64,000 nt of DNA from Syntrophomonadaceae bacterium (GCA_018333865.1 JAGXSE010000065.1:48794-112793); one strand, 5' to 3'. Positions 20,171-30,233 are shown, counted from the first letter of the stretch. Notes: generated from the letters alone by a model not told the origin. Made by a program: numbers and translations.

Positions 20171-21430
20171 ATGGGTAAATTCATCATCTTGGGAGGATCC
20201 CGCCTGGAAGGAAAAGTGCGAATCAGTGGCTCAAAGAATGCAGTTTTGCCCATTATGGCAGCCAGTTTGCTGAGCGGGCAAGCTAGTGTCCTGTACCAGG
20301 TGCCTGAACTGGCAGATGTCCTGACTATGAAAAAGGTTTTGGAGAGCCTTGGAGCTAAAGCGAATTTTGCAGGGAACAGGGCCGAGATTGAGACCAGAGG
20401 CGTTGCCCGCATGGAGGTGCCGGAGCTTTTGACAAGGCAAATGCGAGCCTCCAACCTGGTCATGGGGCCTTTGTTGGGGCGTTTTGGATACTGCAAAGTG
20501 AGCTATCCGGGCGGATGTGAAATCGGCTCCAGGCCAATGGACCTGCATCTAAAAGGATTTAAAGCGATGGGGGCTTTGGTTCAGGAAAAATTTGGTTATG
20601 TGGAGGCTGAATGCCGTCAATTAAAAGGGGCCGACATCCACCTGGATTTTCCCAGCGTAGGGGCTACCGAAAACCTAATGATGGCAGCAGTTCTTGCTTT
20701 GGGCCAAACAGTCATCCGCAATGCGGCCAAAGAGCCTGAGATTGTTGATCTGCAAAACTATTTGAATCGCATGGGCGCGAAGGTTAAAGGGGCGGGACTT
20801 GATGTGATCAGGGTTCAGGGGGTATCGACCTTGTATCCTGTTGAACATAACATTATCCCAGATCGAATAGAGGCCGGAACATTTATGGTTGCGGCAGCTA
20901 TCACAAATGGAGATGTAACTTTAGAAAACGTGATCCCGGAGCACTTAGAGCCGGTCACGGCAAAACTTCGGGAAGCGGGCGTGGAAATAACCGTTCTTGG
21001 GGATGCCTTGCGCATAACTTGTCCTGCAAGGATAAGTGCAGTTGATGTGAAAACAATGCCTTATCCAGGCTTCCCTACCGATATGCAGCCCCAGATGGTG
21101 GCTCTCCTGACAAAGTCTCAGGGGACCAGCATTGTATCCGAAAGTATTTTTGAAAACCGTTTTAAATATGTAGACGAATTAAGGCGAATGGGTGCCCAGA
21201 TTAAACTGGAAGGGCGGGTAGCCATTGTCAGTGGAGTGCCACGGCTCACCGGGGCAATAGTGGAGACTGCTGATTTAAGGGCCGGAGCAGCTCTTGTCCT
21301 TGCGGCGTTGGCAGCCCATGAGGCAACAATTGTTGAAAATACCAATCATATTGAGCGGGGCTACGAGAAGCTGGACAATAAACTCAATTATCTCGGCGCC
21401 CGGGTAATGAAGGTTAACGGCGGGCAGTAG
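20171..21430 (+). CDS. murA: UDP-N-acetylglucosamine 1-carboxyvinyltransferase
   Basis: 419 aa EPSP-synthase-fold protein with MurA N-terminus and a catalytic Cys in the GGCEIGSRP loop. Confidence 0.9.
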   Translation: MGKFIILGGSRLEGKVRISGSKNAVLPIMAASLLSGQASVLYQVPELADVLTMKKVLESLGAKANFAGNRAEIETRGVARMEVPELLTRQMRASNLVMGPLLGRFGYCKVSYPGGCEIGSRPMDLHLKGFKAMGALVQEKFGYVEAECRQLKGADIHLDFPSVGATENLMMAAVLALGQTVIRNAAKEPEIVDLQNYLNRMGAKVKGAGLDVIRVQGVSTLYPVEHNIIPDRIEAGTFMVAAAITNGDVTLENVIPEHLEPVTAKLREAGVEITVLGDALRITCPARISAVDVKTMPYPGFPTDMQPQMVALLTKSQGTSIVSESIFENRFKYVDELRRMGAQIKLEGRVAIVSGVPRLTGAIVETADLRAGAALVLAALAAHEATIVENTNHIERGYEKLDNKLNYLGARVMKVNGGQ

Positions 21431-21461
21431 GCAGCATCAGTTAGCTGCTTTTTTTACTGTC
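21431..21461 (+). terminator. candidate terminator after murA
   Basis: Short stem GCAGC/GCTGC followed by TTTTTTT. Confidence 0.35.
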
Positions 21462-21582
21462 ATCTTGGACAACCAGTCAAATTCTGTTATAATGAGCAAG
21501 GCCACTAATTATGGATTATTTTACTGTGTTTTGAAGCGGTGATTTGACCGCATCCGGCGATTGTTATGAAACGGGTGGTGCC

Positions 21583-22329
21583 ATGACAAAGCCTGTCAGG
21601 TCTCATAACCGTAAGGGTTTAGCCATTCAAGCAGTGCTTTTTGTTTTGATGAGCACGGCTGGACTCTACGGGTTCATTCATTCAGGTTTTTTTGCCTTGA
21701 CTCACATTGAAGTGGTAGGCGCAGAACAGCTGAAGCCAAACGAAGTTAGAAAATTAGCTGCCTTGCCGATTGGGAGCAATCTTTGGCGTATTGATGAAAT
21801 CCAGGTAATCAAAAACGTTAAGGCTCATCCAAAGATTAGCTTGGTTCAGGTTGCCAGGCAGTTGCCGGGAACCCTGGTTATTTCCATTCGGGAAAGGAAG
21901 GCATCTTGTTTAATTCCCACTGATAGAGGATTTGTTGAAGTAGATTCAACCGGGGTTGCCTTGCGCATTCTTGACCAGATATCTGGCAGCCGACTCCCCA
22001 TAATTACTGGCATCACAGTAAAACAACATCCTTTGCCAGGTGAACGAGTAGTTGCAGCTAACCTGGAAATAGGTTTGAGAATGGTTGGTTATCTGCCCCA
22101 AACGCTGATCCAGTCAATTGCCGAATTAGATGTGTCAAATGAAGAAAGCATTATTCTATTTACTACCGGCGGTATCAGGGTGAAAATGGGAGCCTCTCAG
22201 CTTTTACCGGAAAAGTACCAGGCACTGAAGGATGTTTTGTCCTTTAAAGATCAGGCGGGTTCAGGGAGGGCTATCGACTACATTGATTTGACCTTTCCGG
22301 AGCGACCTGCGGTAAAATACGCCAAATAA
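21583..22329 (+). CDS. divIB: cell division protein FtsQ/DivIB (POTRA domain)
   Basis: Single TM helix then POTRA-like domain; position before ftsA. Start may lie up to 39 nt upstream (TTG 21544). Confidence 0.75.
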   Translation: MTKPVRSHNRKGLAIQAVLFVLMSTAGLYGFIHSGFFALTHIEVVGAEQLKPNEVRKLAALPIGSNLWRIDEIQVIKNVKAHPKISLVQVARQLPGTLVISIRERKASCLIPTDRGFVEVDSTGVALRILDQISGSRLPIITGITVKQHPLPGERVVAANLEIGLRMVGYLPQTLIQSIAELDVSNEESIILFTTGGIRVKMGASQLLPEKYQALKDVLSFKDQAGSGRAIDYIDLTFPERPAVKYAK

Positions 22330-22347
22330 TGGAGAGGGTGCTGGGTT

Positions 22348-22677
22348 GTGTGGTTACCTTTATTGGGTTTAGCGATCGGAATTATATTAGGATTGCAGTT
22401 CCCCTTGCACCTGCCGGTAGCATATGCCAAATATATGTCAGTGGCAGTATTGGCAGCATTGGACTCAATTTTCGGCGGTCTCCGGGCTGGTTTGGAGGAT
22501 CGGTTCGATAATGCAGTATTTGTCACCGGGTTTTTTAGTAATACCTTATTGGCAGGAATATTGGCGTATATCGGCGATCAGCTGGGGGTTGAGCTTTACC
22601 TGGCGGCTGTGTTTGCCTTTGGCGTTCGTCTATTTCAAAACCTGGCCATTATCAGGCGTTTTTTGCTGAAAAAATAA
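22348..22677 (+). CDS. sbp: small basic membrane protein (Sbp/DUF1290-like)
   Basis: 109 aa hydrophobic protein between divIB and ftsA, as for sbp in Bacillus; GTG start. Confidence 0.55.
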   Translation: MWLPLLGLAIGIILGLQFPLHLPVAYAKYMSVAVLAALDSIFGGLRAGLEDRFDNAVFVTGFFSNTLLAGILAYIGDQLGVELYLAAVFAFGVRLFQNLAIIRRFLLKK

Positions 22678-22863
22678 TGAAAAGTCCCGATACAAAAAAA
22701 AGGAAATACAATCCCGGTGTGGTATTTCTTAAACTAAGAGCCGAAGCAGCTTGTTCCTTAGGTTTAAAAAGTCAACCATAGTTCAAAAATTTGCTTGGAA
22801 TAGTATTAATTATTCACAAAATCGGTGCTTCCATTATATGACTGAATAGGGCATGGTCTGGAG

Positions 22864-24108
22864 GTGCATAAATTGCCCAGAAAGAACATTGTGGCTGGGG
22901 TAGACATAGGGAGCACCAAGGTAACAGTACTGGTGGGGGAAATTACTCCGCCAGGTTTCTTGGAAATTATAGGGATTGGGGAGAGCCAGGTTTCAGGCTT
23001 GCGCCGGGGAGTAATCGTTGATATTGAACATACAAGCAGGGCTGTTCAGGCGGCTGCTGAACAGGCTGAACGGATGAGCGGCATCCGGCTCCAAACTGTT
23101 TATGCGGGGTTAACAGGACCCCATATTGCTTCTTTTAGCAACCGGGGTGTCGTTGCCGTTTCTAGCACCGACAAGGAAATCAGCATCGAAGATGTCAACC
23201 GGGTACTGGATGCTGCGAGAGTTATAACCTTACCGGCCGACAAAAGAATAATTCATGTTCTTCCCAGGGAATTCATAGTTGATGGATATGGTGGAGTTGT
23301 GGATCCGGTAGGCATGTCCGGATCAAGGCTTGAAGTGGAAACCCATATTGTTACAGCTTCTGCAGCAGCTGTACTAAACCTATTAAAAAGTATCCAGCGG
23401 GCTGGCCTGTCGGTATTGGAACTGGTTCTAAACCCATTGGCGTCTGCTGAGGCAGTACTTTTGCCGGCAGAGAGGGAATTAGGGGTGGTATTAGCCGATA
23501 TCGGCGGCGGAACAACTGAGATTGCACTGTTCGACCGGGGGGGGATGTGTTTTACCTCAGTGCTTCCAATAGGCGGAGAGCATATTACCAGCGATCTGGC
23601 GGTTGGTTTAAGGACACCCCTTCAATATGCGGAAAAAATTAAGCGGGAAAATGGCTGTGTTCTGGCATCGTTGATGCCCGACGCTGCGGATATAGATGTC
23701 GAGACAATCGGCCAGCAACAATGGCGTAAGGTTTCCCGTAAAACGGTAGCAAATATTATAGAGCCAAGGGTGCAGGAAATATTTGCGCTAATAAAATATG
23801 AGATGAAAAAGTCAGGTGTTAAGGGTATACTGCCTGGCGGAGTTGTTATTACCGGCGGCACAGCCTTAATGGATGGGTTTGTTAATTTAGCCTCCGAGGA
23901 ACTTGGCCTGCCGGTTCGAATTGGACAACCTCTTAACCTTGGAGGGCTTTCAGACATGGTGGCAGGTCCACAATACGCTACTGCGGCTGGATTGCTTCAT
24001 TACGCCGTCAAAAAGGGAACGGGCGGGGCTGAAGCAGGAGACGGCCCTATTTGGGAAAATGCTTGGTTTCGAGTTCGGGACTGGGTTCGCAATATTTTGG
24101 GAGCTTGA
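22864..24108 (+). CDS. ftsA: cell division protein FtsA
   Basis: 414 aa actin-fold protein, VAGVDIGSTKV start. Confidence 0.95.
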   Translation: MHKLPRKNIVAGVDIGSTKVTVLVGEITPPGFLEIIGIGESQVSGLRRGVIVDIEHTSRAVQAAAEQAERMSGIRLQTVYAGLTGPHIASFSNRGVVAVSSTDKEISIEDVNRVLDAARVITLPADKRIIHVLPREFIVDGYGGVVDPVGMSGSRLEVETHIVTASAAAVLNLLKSIQRAGLSVLELVLNPLASAEAVLLPAERELGVVLADIGGGTTEIALFDRGGMCFTSVLPIGGEHITSDLAVGLRTPLQYAEKIKRENGCVLASLMPDAADIDVETIGQQQWRKVSRKTVANIIEPRVQEIFALIKYEMKKSGVKGILPGGVVITGGTALMDGFVNLASEELGLPVRIGQPLNLGGLSDMVAGPQYATAAGLLHYAVKKGTGGAEAGDGPIWENAWFRVRDWVRNILGA

Positions 24109-24133
24109 CTGCCTATAAGGGAGGGGAACGCAT

Positions 24134-25180
24134 TTGTTTGAATTGGAAGACTATGAATTAGAGCAATTTGCGGCAATTAAGGTCGTTGGTGTTGGAGGCG
24201 GAGGTAATAATGCCGTTAACCGGATGATCTCTGCCGGCCTGCAAGGGGTAGATTTTATTACAGTAAATACTGATGCGCAGGCTTTGCGTTTATCCCGGGC
24301 AGAACAGAAAATACAGATTGGAGTAAAACTTACCAAAGGGTTGGGTGCTGGCGCAAACCCTGATACCGGAAAGAAGGCTGCTGAGGAGAACAAGGAAGAC
24401 CTTGCCAGGACACTAAAGGGTGCCGATATGGTATTTGTTACTGCTGGAATGGGGGGAGGGACAGGCACAGGTGCTGCTCCGATAGTGGCCGAAGTAGCTA
24501 AGGAAATTGGTGCCTTAACCGTTGGAGTGGTAACCAGACCCTTTACCTTTGAAGGCAGAAAAAGGGCCGAACAGGCAGAAGCAGGAATCAATGAACTTCG
24601 TAGCAAAGTTGATACCCTGATTATAATACCCAATGACCGTCTGCTGCAGGTAGCAGACAATAAGACATCAATTACGGAAGCTTTCCGCATCGCGGATGAT
24701 GTTTTGCGACAAGGTGTCCAGGGTATTTCTGACCTGATTGCGGTTCCCGGGTTAATTAATTTGGATTTTGCGGATGTTAAAACTATCATGCTCAATACTG
24801 GTTCCGCCCTGATGGGAATAGGTCGCGCTTCCGGCGAAAAGCGGGCATCGGAAGCTGCAAAGATGGCTATTTCCAGTCCGCTGCTGGAAACATCTATTGA
24901 AGGCGCAAGGGGAGTATTGTTGAACATTACAGGCGGTGCCAATTTGGGGTTGTTTGAGGTGAATGAAGCGGCCGAAATAATTGCCTCAGCTGCTGATCCG
25001 GATGCCAATATTATTTTCGGCGCGGTAATAGACGAATGTCTGCAGGACGAAATAAGAGTAACGGTTATTGCCACAGGTTTTGACCTTTACCGGACTAACA
25101 GGGTGATCCAGGACAAGATCCCGGAAATGAAACCTTTTTCTGATGACCTGGACATCCCCGCTTTTTTAAGACGGAAGTAA
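24134..25180 (+). CDS. ftsZ: cell division GTPase FtsZ
   Basis: Tubulin signature GGGTGTG and [13 protein letters not shown]-terminus; TTG start with GGGAGGGG RBS. Confidence 0.95.
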   Translation: MFELEDYELEQFAAIKVVGVGGGGNNAVNRMISAGLQGVDFITVNTDAQALRLSRAEQKIQIGVKLTKGLGAGANPDTGKKAAEENKEDLARTLKGADMVFVTAGMGGGTGTGAAPIVAEVAKEIGALTVGVVTRPFTFEGRKRAEQAEAGINELRSKVDTLIIIPNDRLLQVADNKTSITEAFRIADDVLRQGVQGISDLIAVPGLINLDFADVKTIMLNTGSALMGIGRASGEKRASEAAKMAISSPLLETSIEGARGVLLNITGGANLGLFEVNEAAEIIASAADPDANIIFGAVIDECLQDEIRVTVIATGFDLYRTNRVIQDKIPEMKPFSDDLDIPAFLRRK

Positions 25181-25231
25181 TTTTCCTCGTCTGTTCTCCC
25201 TGCTAGGGTTCAGGGGTCCATATTAGTGAAA

Positions 25232-25268
25232 AAAGCCTATCCCTTTTTGTTTGGGGTAGGCTTTTATA
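25232..25268 (+). terminator. candidate terminator after ftsZ
   Basis: Imperfect hairpin AGCCTATCCC/GGGGTAGGCT followed by a T-rich tract. Confidence 0.4.
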
Positions 25269-25290
25269 TGTTGGGCCGCCAAACCAGGAA

Positions 25291-25323
25291 CTGACAAGTT
25301 TTACCACAAGCTTATTGTATAAT
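25291..25323 (+). promoter_or_regulatory. putative spoIIGA promoter with overlong (21-nt) spacer
   Basis: cTGACA at 25291-25296, TATAAT at 25318-25323; the long spacer resembles the Spo0A-activated spoIIG promoter of Bacillus. Confidence 0.4.
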
Positions 25324-25409
25324 ATAGGAGGTTATCCAGTCATAGTCAGGAAAATTATTCATATGTATGGTAATAATTAGTTGCATTCTCTCTTTTTGGG
25401 GGATATGGC

Positions 25410-26342
25410 ATGGGCGATAGGCCGTACGTTTATCTTGATATCCTTTTTTGCATCAACTTTTTAATGGATTATGTTATCTTGTGGGCAGCCGCTCGCTTTG
25501 GTCAATTCCGAACTACTTTTCAACGGTTAGTTCTGGCATCATCTATAGGTGCCCTTTACTCTCTAAGCATTTTGCTGCCGGGAGCCGATTACCTGTTAAC
25601 CATCTTTGTCCGAATTATTATGTCGATAATAATGGTTCTGATTGCCTATGGCAGGCTGTCCCTGAAAAAGACAGCCCAAGCCCTGGGTTACTTTTACATG
25701 GTCGCCTTCGTGACTGGTGGAGCAATGCTTGGCACTATCTATTTATTTAGCCGCGAGATACAGGCAACTCCTGTCATGAGCGGGATGTTTTCCTTTTCCG
25801 TCAATATCAGATACACCTGGCTTTTAGCCGGATTGGCAACAGCAGTTTTGTTGGGAAAATGGGGATCGGGCTATCTCAAACGCAATATTTTTCGCAGTCT
25901 TTTGCGGTTACCTGTGATCCTCTGTTTTGGTCAGGTTCGCATACCGGTTAAGGCATTGATTGATACCGGGAATAACCTTAAAGACCCTCTTACAGCCAGA
26001 CCGGTAGTAATTGTAGAGTATGAACTGCTTCGTCCTTTCTTGCCACAAACTACTAGAAATCTGTACGATAATAAGCTGGAGCCTGATGTGCAGGAGCTAA
26101 TCAAGAGCCTGGCTGAATCCAGTTGGGCGCCCCGGGTGCGCATGATCCCCTTTTCAAGCATCGGCAAGCAAAAAGGGATGCTATTAGGTTTACGACCTGA
26201 CGAAATCATTGTTGTTGCCGAAGGTAAGCCGGTGCGGGTGCGAGAGGTGGTTTTGGGAATTTACCAGAAAAGGTTAGCCTTGGATCGAACATACCAGGCC
26301 TTGTTGCATCCAGATATTTTGCAAACTGCAATTGGCAGATGA
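25410..26342 (+). CDS. spoIIGA: sigma-E processing peptidase SpoIIGA
   Basis: 310 aa; N-terminal membrane domain and C-terminal aspartic protease motif LIDTGN. Confidence 0.85.
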   Translation: MGDRPYVYLDILFCINFLMDYVILWAAARFGQFRTTFQRLVLASSIGALYSLSILLPGADYLLTIFVRIIMSIIMVLIAYGRLSLKKTAQALGYFYMVAFVTGGAMLGTIYLFSREIQATPVMSGMFSFSVNIRYTWLLAGLATAVLLGKWGSGYLKRNIFRSLLRLPVILCFGQVRIPVKALIDTGNNLKDPLTARPVVIVEYELLRPFLPQTTRNLYDNKLEPDVQELIKSLAESSWAPRVRMIPFSSIGKQKGMLLGLRPDEIIVVAEGKPVRVREVVLGIYQKRLALDRTYQALLHPDILQTAIGR

Positions 26343-26386
26343 GGTCACTGTTTTTGATCTACACAGTTGAGAGGAGGCCTAGTGCA

Positions 26387-27115
26387 ATGAGGCAATTGAT
26401 ATTATCCGTCAAATGGACAATAAAACTTGCTCTGCTCCGTCTTTTTAACCATTTTGGCATTCCAGGGGAACTCTGGTATGTCGGCAGCAGCGAGGCTTTG
26501 CCTCCGCCCCTGTCCAATGACGAGGAAAACCAGCTTTTAATCCGGTTAGAAAAAGGAGACGGGGCAGTAAAAGGTGTTCTTATTGAGCGCAACCTGCGGT
26601 TAGTAGTATACATTGCCAAAAAGTTCGAAAATACTGGTGTTGGGATTGAGGACCTGGTTTCTATTGGTACCATTGGACTGATTAAAGCTGTAAACACCTT
26701 TGACCCGACAAAAAAGATAAAACTGGCAACTTATGCCTCGCGCTGCATTGAGAATGAAATACTAATGCATTTGCGGCGGAACAACAAGACCAAGGTAGAG
26801 GTCAGTTTTGATGAGCCCCTCAATATTGATTGGGATGGAAATGAACTGCTCTTATCGGATATCCTTGGCACTGATAATGATATTATTTATAAGTGCATTG
26901 AAGAGGAAGTAGATAAAAAACTCCTGTACTCTGCCATGAAAAAGCTTTCCCCCAGGGAAAAAAAAATCATGGAATGCCGCTTCGGCCTGTATGATGGTGA
27001 AGAAAAGACCCAAAAGGAAGTTGCGGATCTGTTGGGAATATCCCAGTCTTATATCTCCCGGCTGGAAAAAAGAATTATCAAAAGGCTGAGAAAAGAAATA
27101 ATCAGGATGGAATAA
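26387..27115 (+). CDS. sigE: RNA polymerase sporulation sigma factor SigE (pro-sigma-E)
   Basis: Pro-sequence followed by [13 protein letters not shown] and sigma-70 regions 2-4; ATG 26387 with GAGAGGAGG RBS. Confidence 0.9.
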   Translation: MRQLILSVKWTIKLALLRLFNHFGIPGELWYVGSSEALPPPLSNDEENQLLIRLEKGDGAVKGVLIERNLRLVVYIAKKFENTGVGIEDLVSIGTIGLIKAVNTFDPTKKIKLATYASRCIENEILMHLRRNNKTKVEVSFDEPLNIDWDGNELLLSDILGTDNDIIYKCIEEEVDKKLLYSAMKKLSPREKKIMECRFGLYDGEEKTQKEVADLLGISQSYISRLEKRIIKRLRKEIIRME

Positions 27116-27132
27116 CGGTCTTTATAATAAGT

Positions 27133-27158
27133 ACTGCTGCGCAAGCAGTTTTTTTTTG
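27133..27158 (+). terminator. rho-independent terminator between sigE and sigG
   Basis: Stem ACTGCT/AGCAGT with a 5-nt loop, followed by a 9-T run. Confidence 0.6.
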
Positions 27159-27192
27159 TTTTTTTGCCAGATTCCTGATGGCGGGATAGTGG

Positions 27193-27222
27193 GTATAAAT
27201 GAAAAAAGGGTTGGACATAATT
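27193..27222 (+). promoter_or_regulatory. putative forespore-type (sigma-F/G) promoter upstream of sigG
   Basis: GTATA at 27193-27197, 18-nt spacer, CATAATT at 27216-27222, close to GnATA-N18-CATnnTA. Confidence 0.35.
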
Positions 27223-27294
27223 TTGGGTGACAGTGTCAAAACTGCCTTTTGAGGAGGGGTTCGCCTGATAGTCAACAAAGTCGAGATTTGTGGT

Positions 27295-28041
27295 GTGAAT
27301 ACCTCCAAACTCCCGGTGTTAACCAATGAAGAAATGCGGGAGTTATTTATTGCAATGCAAAACAGAACAAATCCCGGGGCGCGGGAAAAAATAATTAACG
27401 GGAATCTGCGCCTGGTGCTAAGTGTCATTCAACGCTTTATTAACAGGGGAGAATATGTTGATGACTTGTTCCAGGTTGGTTGTATAGGACTGATGAAAGC
27501 TATTGATAATTTTGATCTGGGACATGACGTTAAGTTTTCCACTTATGCCGTACCAATGATTATTGGGGAAATCCGCCGCTATTTAAGAGACAATAACCCC
27601 ATTAGAGTTAGCCGCTCTTTAAGGGATATTGCCTACAAAGCTTTGCAAGTACGGGATGCTCTTGTGAACAAATATTCCAGAGAACCCTCAATAACTGAAA
27701 TTGCAGGCGAATTAAAACTGCCCCGGGAAGAAGTCATTTTTGCCCTTGATGCTATTCAAGAGCCCATCTCCCTGTTTGAACCGATTTATCATGACGGGGG
27801 GGATCCGATTTTTGTGATGGACCAAATCGGTGATGATAAAAACTTGGATGCAAACTGGCTGGAAGATATTGCAGTCAGAGAGGCACTTGGCAAACTGAAT
27901 GACAGAGAGAAGCTAATTTTATCCCTAAGGTTTTTTGAGGGCAAAACTCAAATGGAAGTGGCAGACGAAATTGGCATTTCCCAAGCTCAGGTATCAAGGC
28001 TGGAAAAGGCTGCCCTTAACCATATGCGCAAGCACATTTAA
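27295..28041 (+). CDS. sigG: RNA polymerase sporulation sigma factor SigG
   Basis: TSKLPVLTNEEMRELF N-terminal pattern and sigma-70 regions; conserved KVEICGV residues are encoded in-frame upstream without ATG/GTG/TTG, so the true start may be non-canonical near 27265. Confidence 0.85.
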   Translation: MNTSKLPVLTNEEMRELFIAMQNRTNPGAREKIINGNLRLVLSVIQRFINRGEYVDDLFQVGCIGLMKAIDNFDLGHDVKFSTYAVPMIIGEIRRYLRDNNPIRVSRSLRDIAYKALQVRDALVNKYSREPSITEIAGELKLPREEVIFALDAIQEPISLFEPIYHDGGDPIFVMDQIGDDKNLDANWLEDIAVREALGKLNDREKLILSLRFFEGKTQMEVADEIGISQAQVSRLEKAALNHMRKHI

Positions 28042-28101
28042 TGACACGCGTGGTGTCTTGTTTCTGAATATCTAAATAGACTGTTACCCGAGGTGATTGA
28101 A

Positions 28102-28740
28102 ATGTTGGATAAAAAAAAATACATGGCATTGTTCATCCTGTTGCTCATTCCGATAGGACTTGGTCGCTATTTATACCCGGAACCGGCAGTCGAAGCTTTT
28201 AACACCAACAATCTGATCCGCTTCCATGTCGTAGCTAATAGCGATCTCCCCTTGGACCAGAGCATTAAAGGCCAGGTGCGGAATGCGGCCCTGGCTGTTT
28301 TGGCAGGTGAGTTTAGCGGGGTTTCCAGTCATGAGGAAGCCCGGAAAGTTATCACTGATTCACTGCCAAAACTAGAACAAGCAGCAAAAGCTAAGCTATC
28401 TCAGGCCGGTCTGAATTACCGACCCCGGGCAGAATTCGGATTTTATAACTTCCCTACCCGATCTTATCTGGGACTTAACCTTCCAGCCGGCCGCTACGAG
28501 GCAGTGAGGCTAGTCTTAGGCGAGGGACAAGGCGAAAATTGGTGGTGCGTCCTCTTCCCCCCCCTTTGTTTTGTCGATATTTCCGGCACATTGGGTATGT
28601 TGAATCCCAGGAACCAGGCTCAGCCGGTAATTAAAAAAAACCGAACAGATCTTGAAGAGCGGGCCGAGGGAGTAGAAGTAAGATTTAAGATTTTAGAAGT
28701 GTGGAAACGTTCAAAAGACTTCCTGGCAAACAGCAAATAG
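28102..28740 (+). CDS. spoIIR: stage II sporulation protein R-like (SpoIIR)
   Basis: Signal/anchor sequence then motif NWWCVLFPPLCF that I recall as characteristic of SpoIIR; identification from memory only. Confidence 0.5.
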   Translation: MLDKKKYMALFILLLIPIGLGRYLYPEPAVEAFNTNNLIRFHVVANSDLPLDQSIKGQVRNAALAVLAGEFSGVSSHEEARKVITDSLPKLEQAAKAKLSQAGLNYRPRAEFGFYNFPTRSYLGLNLPAGRYEAVRLVLGEGQGENWWCVLFPPLCFVDISGTLGMLNPRNQAQPVIKKNRTDLEERAEGVEVRFKILEVWKRSKDFLANSK

Positions 28741-28765
28741 CCCCTGGAGAGCAGATCCCTGAACA

Positions 28766-28792
28766 CCCCTGATCAAGAAGGGGTTTTTTTAT
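28766..28792 (+). terminator. rho-independent terminator
   Basis: Stem CCCCT/AGGGG followed by TTTTTTT. Confidence 0.5.
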
Positions 28793-28895
28793 GGAAAGAA
28801 TCCTCCCTTCCCGTCATATATTTTAGTTAGCCCGGCCTTCTTGCTGCAATGGGTTGGACAAGGAATTACGTTTATCTTGGAGGTGTGCATAAAAA

Positions 28896-29156
28896 ATGAT
28901 AAAAATAAGTGATCTGCGGCTGCGGGAAGTAGTAAATATTGTTGATGGCAGACGCCTGGGGGTGATCAAAGACATTGAACTTGACCTGGAAGTGGGAAAG
29001 GTAAAAGCTTTAATCCTGCCCGGCACTAACAGGCTGATGAGTTTTTTCGGCCGTAACGAGGATGTGATTGTGCCGTGGGAGAAAATTAGGACCATTGGAG
29101 TTGATGTGATCCTGGTAGAAATCCACGGCTTTGCAGATGTCGGCCACCCCGCATAA
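28896..29156 (+). CDS. ylmC: YlmC/YmxH family sporulation protein (PRC-barrel)
   Basis: 86 aa; MIKISDLRLREVVNIVDGRRLG pattern typical of YlmC/YmxH. Confidence 0.85.
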   Translation: MIKISDLRLREVVNIVDGRRLGVIKDIELDLEVGKVKALILPGTNRLMSFFGRNEDVIVPWEKIRTIGVDVILVEIHGFADVGHPA

Positions 29157-29301
29157 AAATAGATTAATGCCTGGGAATTTATGGAAAGAAATAGATCTGT
29201 GGATATAAAAGGTTCGTGCTAGAATTGACGGTAGTGCTTAAGCAAGGGATCCATCAGGTCCCTTTTCCCATTTAAAAGGATGTTTCTCAGATAGTAGGAA
29301 T

Positions 29302-29310
29302 CCTGGTTTT
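29302..29310 (+). promoter_or_regulatory. extended -10 element (TGgTATAAT) upstream of pgeF
   Basis: TG at 29302-29303 and TATAAT at 29305-29310; weak -35. Confidence 0.3.
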
Positions 29311-29382
29311 GTGGTATAATTTTGTTACTTTTAACTTGTTTGGAGGCTCTGCCGCAAGGTTCACTTTGGAGGTGTAAACTTC

Positions 29383-30210
29383 TTGGGCCAGGAGTTTAAA
29401 TTAATGGAAGACCAATCAGGCATTGCTTACCTTTCAATACCTGTTTTTGACAGAACCGGTTTAACTGTCAGCGCCTTTTCGACCAGAACAGGTGGCTTTA
29501 GTTTGCCGCCATATCACGGCTTAAACCTGGCTTTTCATGTAGGCGATGACTGGGTTAATGTAACAGAGAACCGGCGACTTTTGTGCCAGGCCCTTGATCT
29601 AAGGCTGGAGAACCTGGTCTCGGGCAACCAGGTTCATGGAGATGAAATAGCCGTTGTCAAGAGGCAGCACCAGGGCCGGGGATCTGTAGATATGATTGGA
29701 GCCCTGCCCGACACGGACGGCTTAATCTGCATGGAACCGGAAATCCCGTTAGCGGCTTTTTTTGCAGACTGCGTTCCCGTTTTTTTGTTTGACCCTGTCA
29801 GGAGAGCTATTGGTCTTTCTCATGCAGGCTGGAAAGGAACAGTATTGGAAGTAGCAAAAAAGACGCTGCAAAAAATGCGGGATGAATTCGATACAAAACC
29901 CGCTGACTGTTTGGCGGCAATTGGGCCATCAATAGGTCCTTGCTGCTATGAAGTAGACAAACCGGTGCTGGATATGGTAAAACAGTATTTAACCTACGCA
30001 GAGGATATAATTTTGCCTTTATCCAACGAAAAGGGCATGCTGAACCTATGGCAAGCTAACGCCTTTGCCTTGCAAAAAGCGGGAATCGCTGCAGAATCGA
30101 TTTTTGTTAGCGGCCTTTGCACCTCCTGCCATACCCAGATGTTTTTTTCCCACCGCAAGGAGGGAGGCCGTACCGGCAGGATGGCGGCTCTGTTAATGCT
30201 GAAAAAATAA
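29383..30210 (+). CDS. pgeF: peptidoglycan editing factor PgeF (YfiH/YlmD, laccase-domain protein)
   Basis: 275 aa with His/Cys ligand pattern (HAGWKG, SGLCTSCH) of the YfiH family; TTG start with GGAGGTG RBS. Confidence 0.85.
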   Translation: MGQEFKLMEDQSGIAYLSIPVFDRTGLTVSAFSTRTGGFSLPPYHGLNLAFHVGDDWVNVTENRRLLCQALDLRLENLVSGNQVHGDEIAVVKRQHQGRGSVDMIGALPDTDGLICMEPEIPLAAFFADCVPVFLFDPVRRAIGLSHAGWKGTVLEVAKKTLQKMRDEFDTKPADCLAAIGPSIGPCCYEVDKPVLDMVKQYLTYAEDIILPLSNEKGMLNLWQANAFALQKAGIAAESIFVSGLCTSCHTQMFFSHRKEGGRTGRMAALLMLKK

Positions 30211-30233
30211 TCTTCGAGAGGACCGAGGTTAGG

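Noticed and set aside
22329-22669. Two alternative-frame ORFs (22329-22511, 22424-22669) overlapping sbp
   Set aside because: The 22348-22677 frame gives a coherent hydrophobic small membrane protein with a GTG start; the others are overlapping frames without support.
24151-25074. 307-aa minus-strand ORF antisense to ftsZ
   Set aside because: ftsZ is unambiguous on the plus strand; the antisense frame is a Ser/Ala/Pro-rich low-complexity artefact.
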